From an uncultured Alphaproteobacteria bacterium (GTDB lineage: Bacteria; Pseudomonadota; Alphaproteobacteria; JAJFIK01): DNA of 64,000 nucleotides. The stretch spans positions 1,861-65,860 of the forward strand of contig CAZFWG010000015.1 of the NCBI GenBank assembly GCA_964522525.1, in the 5' to 3' direction. This document shows, one piece after another, positions 50,875 to 61,942 of this stretch (its first letter is position 1; the number at the start of each line of letters is the position of its first letter). Under the pieces are notes generated by a model. The model did no database searches. It had not been told where the DNA came from and saw only the letters and a list, made by a program, of their open reading frames with translations. A program made the position numbers and the translations under genes.

Positions 50875-51006
50875 CCGCCAACAACCCCTGGGGTACAGGA
50901 CGGGCAAAGGCCGGACCCATATTCGAGCCGGCCTTACCGTCCGTATCCCGCTTGATCTGCCAAGAACCACGCCTGAAACGGCAGATCACAGCCGCCGAAT
51001 CAGTCC

Positions 51007-52965
51007 CTAGTTCCGATTCTGGCGGTTCTCGATCAGATCGTCCACCACGGATGGATCGGCCAGGGTCGAGGTGTCGCCGAGATTGTCGAAACTGTCCTCG
51101 GCAATTTTGCGCAAAATCCGCCGCATGATCTTGCCCGACCGGGTCTTGGGCAGGCCTGGCGAGAACTGGATCAGGTCCGGTGAGGCGATGGGGCCGATCT
51201 CCGTGCGCACCCATTTGACGAGTTCCTTGCGCAACTCCTCCGTGGGCTGTTCACCGACCGCCAGCGTGACATAGGCATAGATGCCCTGTCCCTTGATGTC
51301 GTGGGGATAACCGACGACCGCCGCCTCGGCGACCTTGGGATGGGCCACAAGAGCGCTTTCGACTTCGGCCGTTCCCATGCGGTGGCCGGAGACATTGATT
51401 ACGTCATCGACGCGGCCCGTGATCCAGTAATAGCCGTCCGCGTCCCGGCGGCAGCCGTCGCCGGTGAAATATTTGCCCGGATAGGCCGAGAAATAGGTCT
51501 GCACGAACCGTTCGTGGTCCCCATAGACGGTGCGCATCTGCCCCGGCCAGCTTTCCGCCAGGACCAGATTGCCTTCCGTGGGGCCGTCCAGGACCTGACC
51601 GGTCGCATCGACGATCTCCGGTACGATGCCGAAAAAGGGCTTGGTGGCCGACCCGGGCTTGAGGTCCGTGGCGCCGGGCAGGGGCGTGATCAGGATGCCG
51701 CCGGGCTCCGTCTGCCACCAGGTATCGACAATGGGGCATCGCCCATCGCCCACGACCCGGTGATACCAGTTCCAGGCTTCCGGATTGATCGGCTCACCGA
51801 CGCTGCCCAGGAGGCGAAGGCTTTCGCGCGACGTGGCCGTCACGGGCCCGTCGCCTTCGCGCATCAGGGCACGGATCGCCGTGGGTGCCGTGTAGAAGAT
51901 GTTGACCTTGTGTTTGTCGACCACTTCCCAGAAGCGTGAGGAGGTCGGATAGTTGGGCACGCCCTCGAACATCAAGGTGGTGGCGCCGTTGGCGAGCGGG
52001 CCATAGACAATATAGCTGTGGCCTGTGACCCAGCCCACATCCGCCGTACACCAATAGACATCACCCGGATGGTAGTCGAAAATCGTCTCATGGGTGAAGG
52101 CGGCGTAGGTGAGATAGCCGCCCGAGGTGTGGAGGACGCCCTTGGGCTTGCCGGTGGACCCTGACGTATAGAGAATAAAAAGCGGGTCTTCCGCGCTCAT
52201 CTCTTCCGGCGGACAGCCGGCCGGCATGGTCTCCATCGCCTCGTGGTACCAGACGTCCCGGTCCGGCTCCATGTTCACCTCGCCGCCCGTGCGCCACACC
52301 ACGATGACGCTGTCGACATTGGGGCAGTCCTTGAGGGCCTCGTCGGTATTGCGCTTCAAGGGCACGGTGCGCCCGCCGCGTACGCCTTCATCGGCGGTGA
52401 TCACACAGGTGCTGTCGCAATCCTGGATCCGGTTCGCGAGGCTGTCGGGGGAAAATCCGCCGAACACGACGGAATGGATGGCGCCGATCCGGGCACAGGC
52501 CAGCATGGCATAGGCCGCTTCCGGGATCATGGGCAGATAGATCGTCACCCGATCGCCCTTCTTTACGCCCCGCGACTTGAGCACATTGGCGAGGCGGCAG
52601 ACCCGGTCATAAAGCTGGTGATAAGTGATGTGTTGTTGATGCTCCGGGTCGTCGCCTTCCCAGATGATGGCGACCTGATCGCCCCGCGCGGCCAAGTGGC
52701 GGTCGACGCAATTGGCGGAGACGTTCAGGGTGCCGTCCTCGTACCATTTGATCGAGACATTATGCGGGTCATAGGAGACGTTGCGCACGGTCGAATAAGG
52801 CTTGATCCAGTCGATCCGTTTGCCGATCTCGCCCCAGAAACCCTCCGGGTCCTGGATGCTGCGGTCGTACATCTCCTTATAGCGGGCGGCGTCGACATGG
52901 GCGCGGCTTTGCCACGCGGCAGGAACGGGATGAAGAGCGGCGTCTTGGTCTTGGCTCGGCGACAT
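51007..52965 (-). CDS. acs: Acetyl-coenzyme A synthetase
   Basis: 652 aa from MSPSQDQD with a [23 protein letters not shown]-binding motif. [16 protein letters not shown]-terminal SGKIMRR. Near-canonical Acs. Confidence 0.9.
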   Translation of the reverse strand: MSPSQDQDAALHPVPAAWQSRAHVDAARYKEMYDRSIQDPEGFWGEIGKRIDWIKPYSTVRNVSYDPHNVSIKWYEDGTLNVSANCVDRHLAARGDQVAIIWEGDDPEHQQHITYHQLYDRVCRLANVLKSRGVKKGDRVTIYLPMIPEAAYAMLACARIGAIHSVVFGGFSPDSLANRIQDCDSTCVITADEGVRGGRTVPLKRNTDEALKDCPNVDSVIVVWRTGGEVNMEPDRDVWYHEAMETMPAGCPPEEMSAEDPLFILYTSGSTGKPKGVLHTSGGYLTYAAFTHETIFDYHPGDVYWCTADVGWVTGHSYIVYGPLANGATTLMFEGVPNYPTSSRFWEVVDKHKVNIFYTAPTAIRALMREGDGPVTATSRESLRLLGSVGEPINPEAWNWYHRVVGDGRCPIVDTWWQTEPGGILITPLPGATDLKPGSATKPFFGIVPEIVDATGQVLDGPTEGNLVLAESWPGQMRTVYGDHERFVQTYFSAYPGKYFTGDGCRRDADGYYWITGRVDDVINVSGHRMGTAEVESALVAHPKVAEAAVVGYPHDIKGQGIYAYVTLAVGEQPTEELRKELVKWVRTEIGPIASPDLIQFSPGLPKTRSGKIMRRILRKIAEDSFDNLGDTSTLADPSVVDDLIENRQNRN

Positions 52966-53078
52966 GGTGTTTCCTCCAGGCGAATTCCCAACCCCAGTGT
53001 TGCTGACCCCGTTTGCGATCGGGCGGATACGGGCAACCCGGGCCAACCCCTGATTGGACTGGCCCGGTATCGGATCGC

Positions 53079-54893
53079 TTAATGACCCATGGCGGGTCCG
53101 GAGCCGTCGGCCTCCATGGTACCACCGGGCACCCGGATATTGTCGACCAGTTCCTGGACTTCGGCCGGGGGCGGCGCAGTGACGGCTGATACCACGAAGG
53201 CGACGATGAAATTGATCACCATGCCGACGGAGCCGATCCCTTCCGGCGAGATCCCGAACAGCCAATTGTCAGGCGTGTTCGGGACCCACTCGAAGATCTT
53301 GAAGGCCGAGATGTAGGTTGCCGTGAAGGCAAGGCCGACAAGCATCCCGGCGATCACCCCTTCTCGGTTCATGCGCCGGGAAAAGATCCCGAGGAAGATG
53401 GCCGGGAACAGGGACGAGGCCGCCAGACCGAACGCGAAGGCCACGACGGCCGCCACGAAATCCGGGGGATAGATCCCGGCGAGGCCTGCGACGATGATCG
53501 CCACCACGGCGGCAAAGCGGGCCCAGGCCAATTCCTCCCCGTCACTCATATCGGGACGGAACATCTTCTTCATGATGTCGTGGGACACGGCCGAGGAAAT
53601 CACCAGCAGAAGCCCCGCCGCTGTCGACAGCGCGGCCGCGATGCCGCCCGCCGCCACGAGCGCGATGACCCAGCCCGGCAGACCCGCAATTTCCGGATTG
53701 GCCAGCACGATGATGTCCCGGTCGATATAGACTTCGTTGTCGTTGGCCGTGGGTTCGTTTTCCACGAGGCGCTGGCCATATTGGCCCCGTGCGAGGGAGG
53801 AGTCTGAGGGCGCGGAGAAGACCGGCTTCACCGGAGTCATGGCATTGCCCGGTCCGTATTGAATGCGGCCGTCATCGTTCTTGTCGGTCCAGGCAAGCAG
53901 ACCTGAGTTTTCCCATGTCTTGAACCAGCCCGGCACTTCCTCCGCATAGGCCTTTTCGTGGACCGTATCGATGAAATTGAGCCGCGCGAAAGCCGCGACG
54001 GCGGGGGCGGTGGTGTAAAGAATGGCGATGAAGACGAGCGCCCAGCCGGCCGAGATCCGCGCATCAGACGCCTTGGGCACCGTGAAGAACCGGACGATCA
54101 CATGGGGCAGGCCCGCTGTGCCCACCATCAAGGCCAGGGCGATGGCGAAGACATCGATGGTCGCTTTCTGGCCTTGGGTATAGGCGGGAAAGCCCAGTTC
54201 CACAAGCGTCCGATCGAGCTTGGCCAGGACGGACACGCCCTCCCCGCCCAGAACATCGGCGCCAAGGCCGAGTTGGGGCAGGGGGACGCCGGTGATGAGC
54301 AGGGAGATGAAGATCGCCGGCACCGTATAGGCGAAAATCAGCACGCAATATTGGGCCACCTGGGTGTAGGTGATGCCGCGCATGCCGCCCAGCACGGCGT
54401 AAAAGAACACAATGAACATGCCGATGATCACGCCGACATTGATGTCGACCTGGAGGAAGTTGGAGAAAACGATCCCCACACCCCGCATCTGTCCGGCCAC
54501 ATAGGTGAAGGAAACGAAGATCAGGCAGAGCACCGCGACCGCGCGGGCGGCCTGGGAATAGTACCGGGAGCCGATGAAGTCCGGCACCGTGAACTGCCCG
54601 AACTTGCGCAAATAGGGCGCCAGCAAGAGGGCGAGGAGCACATAGCCGCCCGTCCAGCCCAAGAGATAGACCGCGCCGTCCCGGCCGATAAAGGCGATGA
54701 TGCCGGCCATGGAGAGGAAGGAGGCAGCACTCATCCAGTCGGCGGCCGTCGCCATGCCGTTGAGGACGGGATGCACATGACCGCCCGCGACGTAGAATTC
54801 GCTCGTCGAGGCCACCCTCGACCACCAGGCAATGCCGATATAAAGGGCAAATGATGCGCCCACGAATATATAAGTGAGTGTTTGTGTGTCCAT
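53079..54893 (-). CDS. actP: Cation/acetate symporter ActP (sodium:solute symporter family)
   Basis: 604 aa, 13-14 TM. Conserved ActP N-terminus [34 protein letters not shown]. Sits immediately upstream of acs and downstream of DUF4212. Confidence 0.9.
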   Translation of the reverse strand: MDTQTLTYIFVGASFALYIGIAWWSRVASTSEFYVAGGHVHPVLNGMATAADWMSAASFLSMAGIIAFIGRDGAVYLLGWTGGYVLLALLLAPYLRKFGQFTVPDFIGSRYYSQAARAVAVLCLIFVSFTYVAGQMRGVGIVFSNFLQVDINVGVIIGMFIVFFYAVLGGMRGITYTQVAQYCVLIFAYTVPAIFISLLITGVPLPQLGLGADVLGGEGVSVLAKLDRTLVELGFPAYTQGQKATIDVFAIALALMVGTAGLPHVIVRFFTVPKASDARISAGWALVFIAILYTTAPAVAAFARLNFIDTVHEKAYAEEVPGWFKTWENSGLLAWTDKNDDGRIQYGPGNAMTPVKPVFSAPSDSSLARGQYGQRLVENEPTANDNEVYIDRDIIVLANPEIAGLPGWVIALVAAGGIAAALSTAAGLLLVISSAVSHDIMKKMFRPDMSDGEELAWARFAAVVAIIVAGLAGIYPPDFVAAVVAFAFGLAASSLFPAIFLGIFSRRMNREGVIAGMLVGLAFTATYISAFKIFEWVPNTPDNWLFGISPEGIGSVGMVINFIVAFVVSAVTAPPPAEVQELVDNIRVPGGTMEADGSGPAMGH

Positions 54894-54914
54894 GACCCTG
54901 TTTCCCCCTTTTTA

Positions 54915-55196
54915 TCAGTCGTCGGAGACGCCGTATTTGCGGTCAATCCGGTGCATCACCGCGGCATAAACGAAGATCAGGACCACGAAGACATAGATCG
55001 AACCCTGCTGGGCGAACCAGAAGCCGAGCTTGAACCCGAAAAACGGAATCTGGTCGAGCAGGTCGACGGCGAGGATGGAAAGGCCGAACCCGACAATCCC
55101 CCATATCGCCAGGAGAACTGTCAAAAGCCGGAGATTCTCGTGCCAATATTTGGAATGATGTTCGTCATCGGATGACTTCTGGACGTCGTCCGCCAT
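54915..55196 (-). CDS. DUF4212 small membrane protein (ActP-associated, YjcH-like)
   Basis: About 93 aa from MADDVQKSS, two TM helices. Precedes actP by 22 nt, the canonical arrangement. Confidence 0.8.
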   Translation of the reverse strand: MADDVQKSSDDEHHSKYWHENLRLLTVLLAIWGIVGFGLSILAVDLLDQIPFFGFKLGFWFAQQGSIYVFVVLIFVYAAVMHRIDRKYGVSDD

Positions 55197-55617
55197 GGGT
55201 TGCCTCCCTATGCAAATTTCGCCTGTGATCGGTCCGAAGCCCTCGGCCCGCATCCTGTTTCCGGATCAAATTGTGCTGTCGTTTTTTGTTCTCGACCCGC
55301 CCCTCTGGATCTTCCATTGCCCCCTCAACACAGCCTCAGGTTCTAGTCCCGGCGCTGCATGTGACCTGCTTCCTACTGAATAGAGCAGGTATAGATCCTT
55401 TGATTGAAACCGTGGGATGCCAAAGCGGCCTTGATACAAATCAAGGCGGGTCCTTACGGCTTATGGCGGTCCGATCACGCGCGTCGTTTGGGCGCAGTCT
55501 GGCGATCATGCAGCCCGAGAATGAGCGGGTACCGGGCCGTGGCTTGAGAATGGGCGTGGAGAAGGGCAGGCTGATCCGCTGTGGCTGTTTCATGACATGA
55601 GAAGCGAGGTCGTATCG

Positions 55618-56361
55618 ATGCGTCTGTCCCTGATGACCTGGATGGAAGTGGAAGCTCATCTGCAGCAGTCGAAAGGCATCGTCATTCCGATCGGGTCGAC
55701 GGAGCAACACGGTCCCAATGGGTTATTGGGCACCGATGCCATCTGTCCGGAGGTCATCGCGGTGGAGGCGGCCCGTCAGGCGGGCTTCCTGGTGGGGCCG
55801 ACATTCTCGGTGGGCATGGCCCAACACCATCTGGCCTTTCCAGGGACCATTTCCCTCCGGCCCACAACCATGATCGCGGCCCTCAAGGACTGGATCACCT
55901 CGCTCCACCGCCACGGTTTCGAGCGGCTTTATTTCCTCAACGGACATGGTGGGAATGTTGCGACCATCGAGGCGGCGTTCTCGGAGATCTATGCCGAGAC
56001 CAGTTTTGGCGACGGGGACGGCGCCCCTGCTTTGGCCCTGCGACGGCAGAACTGGTGGGATCTGCCGGGCATCATGGCGCTTTCGCAAAAAATGTATCCG
56101 GCGGGGCTGGGGTCCCATGCGACGCCGGCCGAGGTGGCGGTGACCTACTACGCCCATCCGGAGGCTCAGAAATCGGTGGCCATGATCCCCAAGATCGCCC
56201 CCCATGGGCCGATCCGGGATGCCCTGGACTATCGCCGCCGCTTCCCTGACGGGCGGATCGGGTCCGATCCGTCCCAGGCGGATGTGGCCGGGGGCAAACG
56301 TCTGGTGGAGGCCTCGGCCGAGGCCCTGATTGCGGACTACCGGGCGTTCCTGAACTCCTGA
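55618..56361 (+). CDS. Creatininase family protein (creatinine amidohydrolase-like)
   Basis: From MRLSLMTWMEVEAHL, preceded by a GAGGT RBS. PIGSTEQHGP metal-binding motif. FLNGHGGN motif. Confidence 0.75.
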   Translation: MRLSLMTWMEVEAHLQQSKGIVIPIGSTEQHGPNGLLGTDAICPEVIAVEAARQAGFLVGPTFSVGMAQHHLAFPGTISLRPTTMIAALKDWITSLHRHGFERLYFLNGHGGNVATIEAAFSEIYAETSFGDGDGAPALALRRQNWWDLPGIMALSQKMYPAGLGSHATPAEVAVTYYAHPEAQKSVAMIPKIAPHGPIRDALDYRRRFPDGRIGSDPSQADVAGGKRLVEASAEALIADYRAFLNS

Positions 56362-56418
56362 TAGACTTCGGCGTGGATCTTGCGGTCACGCGGACTTACG
56401 CAAGTGGGGCGCCTGCCA

Positions 56419-57804
56419 ATGGGTGACATCGGAAGCTGGTTATTGGATCGATGGCGAGGCCTGCGCCGCGGTTTCGCGGCGCTGTGGGGCACCGGTGCGC
56501 ATCCTGCCCTCGATGACGGGCGCACCATCCCGCCCGATCCGATCGCTCAGAAACCCGGCGCGCGGGCTCATGACCATGACCGCTGCATGAACTGTCAGAC
56601 CAAGCTGTTGGGCCCGTTCTGCCATGTCTGCGGTCAGCGGGATGACGACTATCGCCGGCCTTTCGTGGCGTTGAGCAATGAGTTGTTGAGCGACGTCTTC
56701 CAGTGGGACAGCCGCATTCTCCGCTCCGTCGGTCCGTTTCTCGCGATGCCCGGCACCTTGACCCGCGCCTTCATGCAGGGGCGCCGGGGCGTGTTCGTTT
56801 CGCCCTTGCGGCTTTATTTCGTCGTCAGCCTGCTGTTCTTCCTCACCCTGGCCTTGGCCAATGTGGCGATCCTCAAATTTGAGGTCCACGGATTAACCAG
56901 CGCCATCGACCAGGCCGTCGACAACGGTACCGTCTCGTTCGATGGCGATGATGTCGATCTTGACGAGGATGATGCGGAAGACGTCGTGGAAGCCCTGGAT
57001 GCGCTGGAGGGCGTGGTTCCGCCCGAAGCGCAGGGGGAAATTCGTGCGGCCCGGGAGCGCGTGGCGGATCGCGTCGCGGAGCGCCTGGACGCAGAGGAGG
57101 AGCCGGAACCGAAACCCCAGATCAAACGTCCCTTCAAGGCGACGGTGCTTGAGGGCGTGATTCTGGGACCCAATCCGGGCCCTGAAGCCGCCATCAACCA
57201 GCCGAAGTTCAATTCGGACGACATCAACTTCCGCGTCAAGATGTTCACGCCGCTTTCGGAAGATGATGAGCCTAATGATCAGTTGTCAGACTCGACGATT
57301 GCCAGGCTTCTGGAGGACGCGGACGGGGAGGGTGCGGTCTATGGCGAACGCGCCTTGCGTCTCGTCAATGCCATCCTTGCCGACCCCCGGATCTTCAATG
57401 ACCTGCTGAACGAATGGTTGCCCCGCACGATGGTGTTTCTGGTGCCGCTTTTTGCATTCGTCATGAGCATTCTGTATGGGCGCAAACGAGGTTTGAAACG
57501 CCGGGTCTATTTCATCGACCACCTCGTTTTCTCACTGCATTTCCACGCCTTCATATTTGCGCTGATGATCGCTCTGGTGCTCAAGGGGCGTTATATCGGC
57601 GAGGTAATCGACGGCACGGCCACGGCGGCGTTCTTCTTCCTGGCCACGTCGCTCTATCTCTATGTGGGCATGAAGCGCATTTACGAGCAGGGTTATTTCA
57701 AGACCACGGTCAAATTCATCTTCATGATGCTGTTCCTGTACATCACCTATCTGACAAGTCTGACCGGCATCACCATCTATGGCCTGTGGAACATGGTGGT
57801 CTGA
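56419..57804 (+). CDS. DUF3667 domain-containing membrane protein (N-terminal zinc-ribbon)
   Basis: CMNC...CHVCGQ zinc ribbon then ...GRRGVFVSPLRLYFVVSLLFFL, typical of DUF3667. Long acidic insert DGDDVDLDEDDAEDV...EEEPEPKP. C-terminal TM helices. Start could be 56380. Confidence 0.6.
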   Translation: MGDIGSWLLDRWRGLRRGFAALWGTGAHPALDDGRTIPPDPIAQKPGARAHDHDRCMNCQTKLLGPFCHVCGQRDDDYRRPFVALSNELLSDVFQWDSRILRSVGPFLAMPGTLTRAFMQGRRGVFVSPLRLYFVVSLLFFLTLALANVAILKFEVHGLTSAIDQAVDNGTVSFDGDDVDLDEDDAEDVVEALDALEGVVPPEAQGEIRAARERVADRVAERLDAEEEPEPKPQIKRPFKATVLEGVILGPNPGPEAAINQPKFNSDDINFRVKMFTPLSEDDEPNDQLSDSTIARLLEDADGEGAVYGERALRLVNAILADPRIFNDLLNEWLPRTMVFLVPLFAFVMSILYGRKRGLKRRVYFIDHLVFSLHFHAFIFALMIALVLKGRYIGEVIDGTATAAFFFLATSLYLYVGMKRIYEQGYFKTTVKFIFMMLFLYITYLTSLTGITIYGLWNMVV

Positions 57805-57831
57805 CGTGGGGTTCGTGGGGTCGCCCGCGGA

Positions 57832-58374
57832 TCAGGGTGCCGGATGAAGCCCGCCCATATCGCAAATCATGGCCCAGGCCTGACGGTCGATCGGCATGAT
57901 CGACAGGCGCGGCTGGCGCACCAGGGCCAAGCCTGAAAGGGCGGGTTCCCTCTTGATCTGGGCCAGAGAGACCGGGTTGGGCATGGGCAGATAGGCCCGC
58001 ACCGTGACAAGCCCGAACTTGCCTTTTTCGTCCTCGGGGTCGGGTTCGAATTCCCGGACGATCTGCAACACGCCCACGATCTTCTTGTCGCTGACGGAGT
58101 GATAGAAGAAGCCCAGTTCCCCAGGCTTCATGCGCTTCATGTTGTTCGTTGCCTGATGGTTCCGGATGCCCTTCCAGGCGTCACCCTTCATGCCCGAGGA
58201 CACCTGATTGTCCCAGGACCATGAATGGGGGGCGGATTTGAACAGCCAGTAGCCCTGGGGGGCGGGGACCTCGACCGGTGCCGGCTTCAGGACCGGTGGT
58301 TCCGGCTCCGCCTGGCGATCATTTGCGGATTTCGGTCCGAGGGCGAATGAGAATGCAGCCTTGAGCTTTTGCAT
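57832..58374 (-). CDS. EVE (PUA-like) domain-containing protein
   Basis: YWLFKSAPHSWSWDNQ...WKGIRNHQATNNMKRMKPGELGFFYHS is the EVE domain consensus. Pro-rich 40-aa N-terminal extension. Confidence 0.7.
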   Translation of the reverse strand: MQKLKAAFSFALGPKSANDRQAEPEPPVLKPAPVEVPAPQGYWLFKSAPHSWSWDNQVSSGMKGDAWKGIRNHQATNNMKRMKPGELGFFYHSVSDKKIVGVLQIVREFEPDPEDEKGKFGLVTVRAYLPMPNPVSLAQIKREPALSGLALVRQPRLSIMPIDRQAWAMICDMGGLHPAP

Positions 58375-58395
58375 GGCGAGACCCGGCGTTTCCCG

Positions 58396-58713
58396 TTACC
58401 CGTTGTCTTCCGGCGGATTGATCAGCCAGCGCCAGGCGCGGACCTCCACATCCTCGAAAAGACCGGCGCGGGCATAGGGGTCAAGGGCCGCCCAGGCTTC
58501 CGCGTCGGCCCGGGACTCCGCCTCGATCACCAGCATACTGCCGATCATTTTCGATCCGTCATCGGAGGTAAAAGGGCCGGCCGCCTTCACGCGCTCGCCG
58601 CTCGCCGCGACGAATTCCAGATGGGCCTCGCGGGTCGCCTGGCGGATGCCTTCGGATCCCGGCCGATCGAAACACAGAACCACAAAGAGCATGGGATGCT
58701 TCTCCTCATTCAT
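58396..58713 (-). CDS. YciI family protein
   Basis: 105 aa. MLFVVLCFDRPG...HLEFVAASGERVKAAGPF...DPYARAGLFEDVEVRAW. Start ATG (58711-58713) overlaps the gpsA stop (TGA 58710-58712). Confidence 0.7.
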   Translation of the reverse strand: MNEEKHPMLFVVLCFDRPGSEGIRQATREAHLEFVAASGERVKAAGPFTSDDGSKMIGSMLVIEAESRADAEAWAALDPYARAGLFEDVEVRAWRWLINPPEDNG

Positions 58714-59705
58714 CGGGTTTCTGAACGGAAGGGACGATTGAGCAATGTCTCGATGGCGCTGGGCACGGACAGGGTGCCCTCGATGATCTCGGACACGGCC
58801 CTCGAGATCGGCATGTCGACGCCATGGCGTTCGCTCAAGACCCGGACGGCCCGCGCGCTGTGCACGCCTTCGGCGATGCCACGGCTGCGGGCCAGGGCGT
58901 CGGACAGGCTCACGCCCTCGCCCAAGGCCACGCCCAAGGTCATGTTGCGCGACATGATCGACGTACAGGTCAACACAAGATCCCCCAGACCAGAGAGCCC
59001 TGCCAGGGTCTCCGACCGCGCCCCAAGCGCGACACCCAGCCGATTCATCTCCGCAAATCCTCGGGAGATCAAGGCCGCCCTCGCGCTCATACCCAGGCCA
59101 CAACCTTCAACGATCCCGCAGGCGATGGCCAGAACGTTTTTCACGGCGCCGCCGATCTGGGCCCCGATCAAGTCCTGGGAGGAATAGGGGCGAAAGGTGG
59201 GAATGCCGATCCGGTCCACCATCCGGTTGGCCAGGTCTTCGTCCTCGGCGGCAAGGGTGATGGCGGTCGGCAGGCCGCGCGCCACATCGGCCGCGAAGCT
59301 CGGCCCGGAGAGGACGGCCGGTCGGGCAGTGGGCAAGGTTTCCGACACGATTTCGCTGAGCAGGGCGCCCGTGTCCCGCTCAAGTCCCTTGGCGCACAGG
59401 ACCAAGGGCGTGTCAGGCGCGAGATGGGGCGCGAGCACGCTCAAGGTAGCCCGGATGATCTGGGCGGGCAGGGCATAGAGCACGAAACGCGCTGGAGCCA
59501 GGTCCGCGAGCCGGGTCGTGGCGCTGATTGTCGGATCGAGGGCGACCTCCGGCAGGGCCTTGGGATTGGCATGGGTCTGGTTGATGGCGGCCACCACGGC
59601 CGGATCCCGCGCCCAGAGGGTCGGGGCGTGGCCCCGGCGTGCCAGCACGCTGGCAAGCGCTGTACCCCAGGCGCCGGCCCCGAGAACGGCCACGGGCTCG
59701 CTCAT
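58710..59705 (-). CDS. gpsA: NAD(P)H-dependent glycerol-3-phosphate dehydrogenase
   Basis: 331 aa. [14 protein letters not shown] Rossmann motif. [13 protein letters not shown]. Conserved throughout. Confidence 0.9.
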   Translation of the reverse strand: MSEPVAVLGAGAWGTALASVLARRGHAPTLWARDPAVVAAINQTHANPKALPEVALDPTISATTRLADLAPARFVLYALPAQIIRATLSVLAPHLAPDTPLVLCAKGLERDTGALLSEIVSETLPTARPAVLSGPSFAADVARGLPTAITLAAEDEDLANRMVDRIGIPTFRPYSSQDLIGAQIGGAVKNVLAIACGIVEGCGLGMSARAALISRGFAEMNRLGVALGARSETLAGLSGLGDLVLTCTSIMSRNMTLGVALGEGVSLSDALARSRGIAEGVHSARAVRVLSERHGVDMPISRAVSEIIEGTLSVPSAIETLLNRPFRSETR

Positions 59706-60829
59706 GCCCGCGCCCCTTTCGCGCCGGACCGGGGCTCGCGGGCGGGCGCCGCGTCATCCAGGGGCCAGCGGGGACGTGCCGCGACGGTGAGATCATCCGT
59801 GTGTCCCTGACAGAAGCGTTCGATGCCCGCCCAGGCGATCATGGCGCCGTTATCCGTGCACAGTCGCGGCGGCGGGGCCACGAGGCGATAGCCGTGGCAC
59901 GCCGCGCGGGCGTCCAGTTCGGTCCGGATGGCCTGGTTGGCGGCGACACCGCCAGCAACCACGAGTGTCCGTTCCCCGATATCGGGCGTCTGTGCCTCGA
60001 ACAGGGCGATGGCATTGGCGGTCCGTTCGCTGAGGGTCTCGGCGACGACCGCCTGGAAGGAGGCGCAAAGATCGGCGATGTCCTGCTCGGTGGGTGTGCC
60101 AAGCCGCAAGACGGCGTGGCGAACGGCGGTCTTCAGCCCCGAGAAGGACATGTCCGCTCCCGGACGCCCCCGCATGGGGCGGGGCAGATCGACGGCACCG
60201 GGTTTTCCCTGGCGCGCGGCCCGCTCCACGGCGGGGCCGCCTGGATAGCCAAGCCCGAGCAGCTTTGCGACCTTGTCGAAGGCCTCGCCCACCGCGTCGT
60301 CGATCGTGGTGCCGAGCCGCCGATAGCGCCCCGGCCCCAGGACCGAAAGGAGCTGGCAGTGCCCGCCTGAGATCAAGAGCAGCAGATAGGGAAAGGGCAC
60401 GGGCTCCACGAGACGCGGCGAGAGGGCATGGCCTTCCAGATGATTGACCGCCACAAGGGGAAGATCGCGGGCGAGCGCGATGCCCTTCGCAGTGGTGAGC
60501 CCGACAAGAACCCCGCCGATCAGTCCCGGTCCTGCCGTGGCGGCGACGGCATCGAGGTCGTCAAAGCCGATCTCGGCGGCGGCCATCGCTTTACCAATGA
60601 TGGCGTCAATGGCTTCCACATGGGCGCGCGCGGCGATTTCCGGCACGACACCACCATAGGGCGCATGGGCATCGAGCTGGCTCAAGACCACATTCGACAG
60701 GATCGCCGGAACGCCGCCCGGCTGTCCGCGGACCACGGCGGCGGCCGTCTCATCGCAGCTCGATTCAATGCCCAGAATGGTCACCGGGCCTGACGGATTG
60801 GGGGTTTGGGCATGAGCCAAGGGCTTCAA
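59702..60829 (-). CDS. tsaD: tRNA N6-adenosine threonylcarbamoyltransferase TsaD
   Basis: [15 protein letters not shown]; HLEGHALS metal site; [10 protein letters not shown]. The true start may be the GTG 45 nt inside the ORF (VTILGIESS). Confidence 0.85.
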   Translation of the reverse strand: MKPLAHAQTPNPSGPVTILGIESSCDETAAAVVRGQPGGVPAILSNVVLSQLDAHAPYGGVVPEIAARAHVEAIDAIIGKAMAAAEIGFDDLDAVAATAGPGLIGGVLVGLTTAKGIALARDLPLVAVNHLEGHALSPRLVEPVPFPYLLLLISGGHCQLLSVLGPGRYRRLGTTIDDAVGEAFDKVAKLLGLGYPGGPAVERAARQGKPGAVDLPRPMRGRPGADMSFSGLKTAVRHAVLRLGTPTEQDIADLCASFQAVVAETLSERTANAIALFEAQTPDIGERTLVVAGGVAANQAIRTELDARAACHGYRLVAPPPRLCTDNGAMIAWAGIERFCQGHTDDLTVAARPRWPLDDAAPAREPRSGAKGARA

Positions 60830-61044
60830 ACTCTACTGAACTGGAATAATGTCGCCGCGCGCCTTCGGACGGTCTCTGTCCGCTGGGGCTTCGGGGCCTG
60901 TGTCCCGGCGCAACGCTACACTTATGTCATGATAAGCACGAGGTAAGGATACACCATGGGGTTTAGTCCGCGGACACGCAGGACGGCGGGCGGGGTCAGG
61001 CCGTTCCGTATACCGTGGGCCCCAAACCGGATAGGCCAAGGCGC

Positions 61045-61776
61045 ATGACACGACAAAACGGAGCCCGACAGGTCATTGTCACCCGGCCGGACCCGGATGC
61101 GGCGTCCTTGGCCTCGGCCCTTCGGCATACCGGTTTCGATCCCGTTGTCGCGCCGCTCATGACCATCGACCTAAGCGAAGGGCCGGCCCCTGACCTGAGC
61201 GGCTTTCAAGCGGTCGCTTTCACCAGCGCGAATGGCGTGCGTGCGTTCCAGGCGCGGGGCGGCGCCACGGAAAAGCCGGCCTTCACTGTGGGTCCGGCCT
61301 CCGCTGCCGCCTGCCGGGACGCCGGCTTCGCGGTGGTCCATCCGGCCGCCGGGTCGGTCGAGAGCTTGGCCGATCTTATCCGTGAACACTGCAGGGCCGA
61401 TCAAGGTGCGATTTATCATGGGGCCGGCGAGACCCTGGCCGGGGATCTGGTGGCGCTCCTGAAAGAGGCTGGCCTTGAGGCCCGGCGCGACGTGCTCTAC
61501 ACGGCGCGGGCCGCGACGCATCTGCCTGAACCCTTTGCCCGCGTTCTGCGGGGGCCGGACCCGGGTTTTGTCACTCTGTTTTCCCCCCGGACGGCCCGGC
61601 TTGCCGCCGCCCTGATGGCCGATGCCGGTCTGACGGACGCGGCACATCGGATGACGGCTCTGTGCCTCAGTCCGGCCGTCGCGGACGCGTCCGCCGCGCT
61701 GCCCTGGGCCGCGCTTCGTGTTGCCGAAGAACCGACGACGGAAGCGTTGCTCGCCTGCCTCAATGCCGATGACTGA
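61045..61776 (+). CDS. hemD: Uroporphyrinogen-III synthase
   Basis: About 243 aa from MTRQNGARQVIVTRP. HemD-like two-lobe pattern (VAFTSANGVRAF ... VTLFSPRTA). Sits downstream of and divergent from tsaD and is followed by COG4223-like and hemY-like genes, the order I would expect from alphaproteobacterial genomes as I recall them. Confidence 0.7.
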   Translation: MTRQNGARQVIVTRPDPDAASLASALRHTGFDPVVAPLMTIDLSEGPAPDLSGFQAVAFTSANGVRAFQARGGATEKPAFTVGPASAAACRDAGFAVVHPAAGSVESLADLIREHCRADQGAIYHGAGETLAGDLVALLKEAGLEARRDVLYTARAATHLPEPFARVLRGPDPGFVTLFSPRTARLAAALMADAGLTDAAHRMTALCLSPAVADASAALPWAALRVAEEPTTEALLACLNADD

Positions 61777-61942
61777 TCCCTTTCGCTTCCCCCGGCAGGA
61801 GTCTGGAAAGAAATCTTAGGCATTCATGACCTGTCCCGGCGCGGAGCCCGCCTCCGTGTCCATCGCTTTGCCAAGCCGTTCGGGTCCTTTGCCCATGCGC
61901 CATGGGCGGATCTGTGCGGATCAGCCCGTGAAAGATGCCGCC

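Noticed and set aside
58021-58045. tRNA T-loop-like GGGTTCGAATTCCC
   Set aside because: Lies inside the EVE-domain coding sequence. The flanks cannot form a 5-bp T-stem with a 7-nt loop, and there is no acceptor or anticodon arm.
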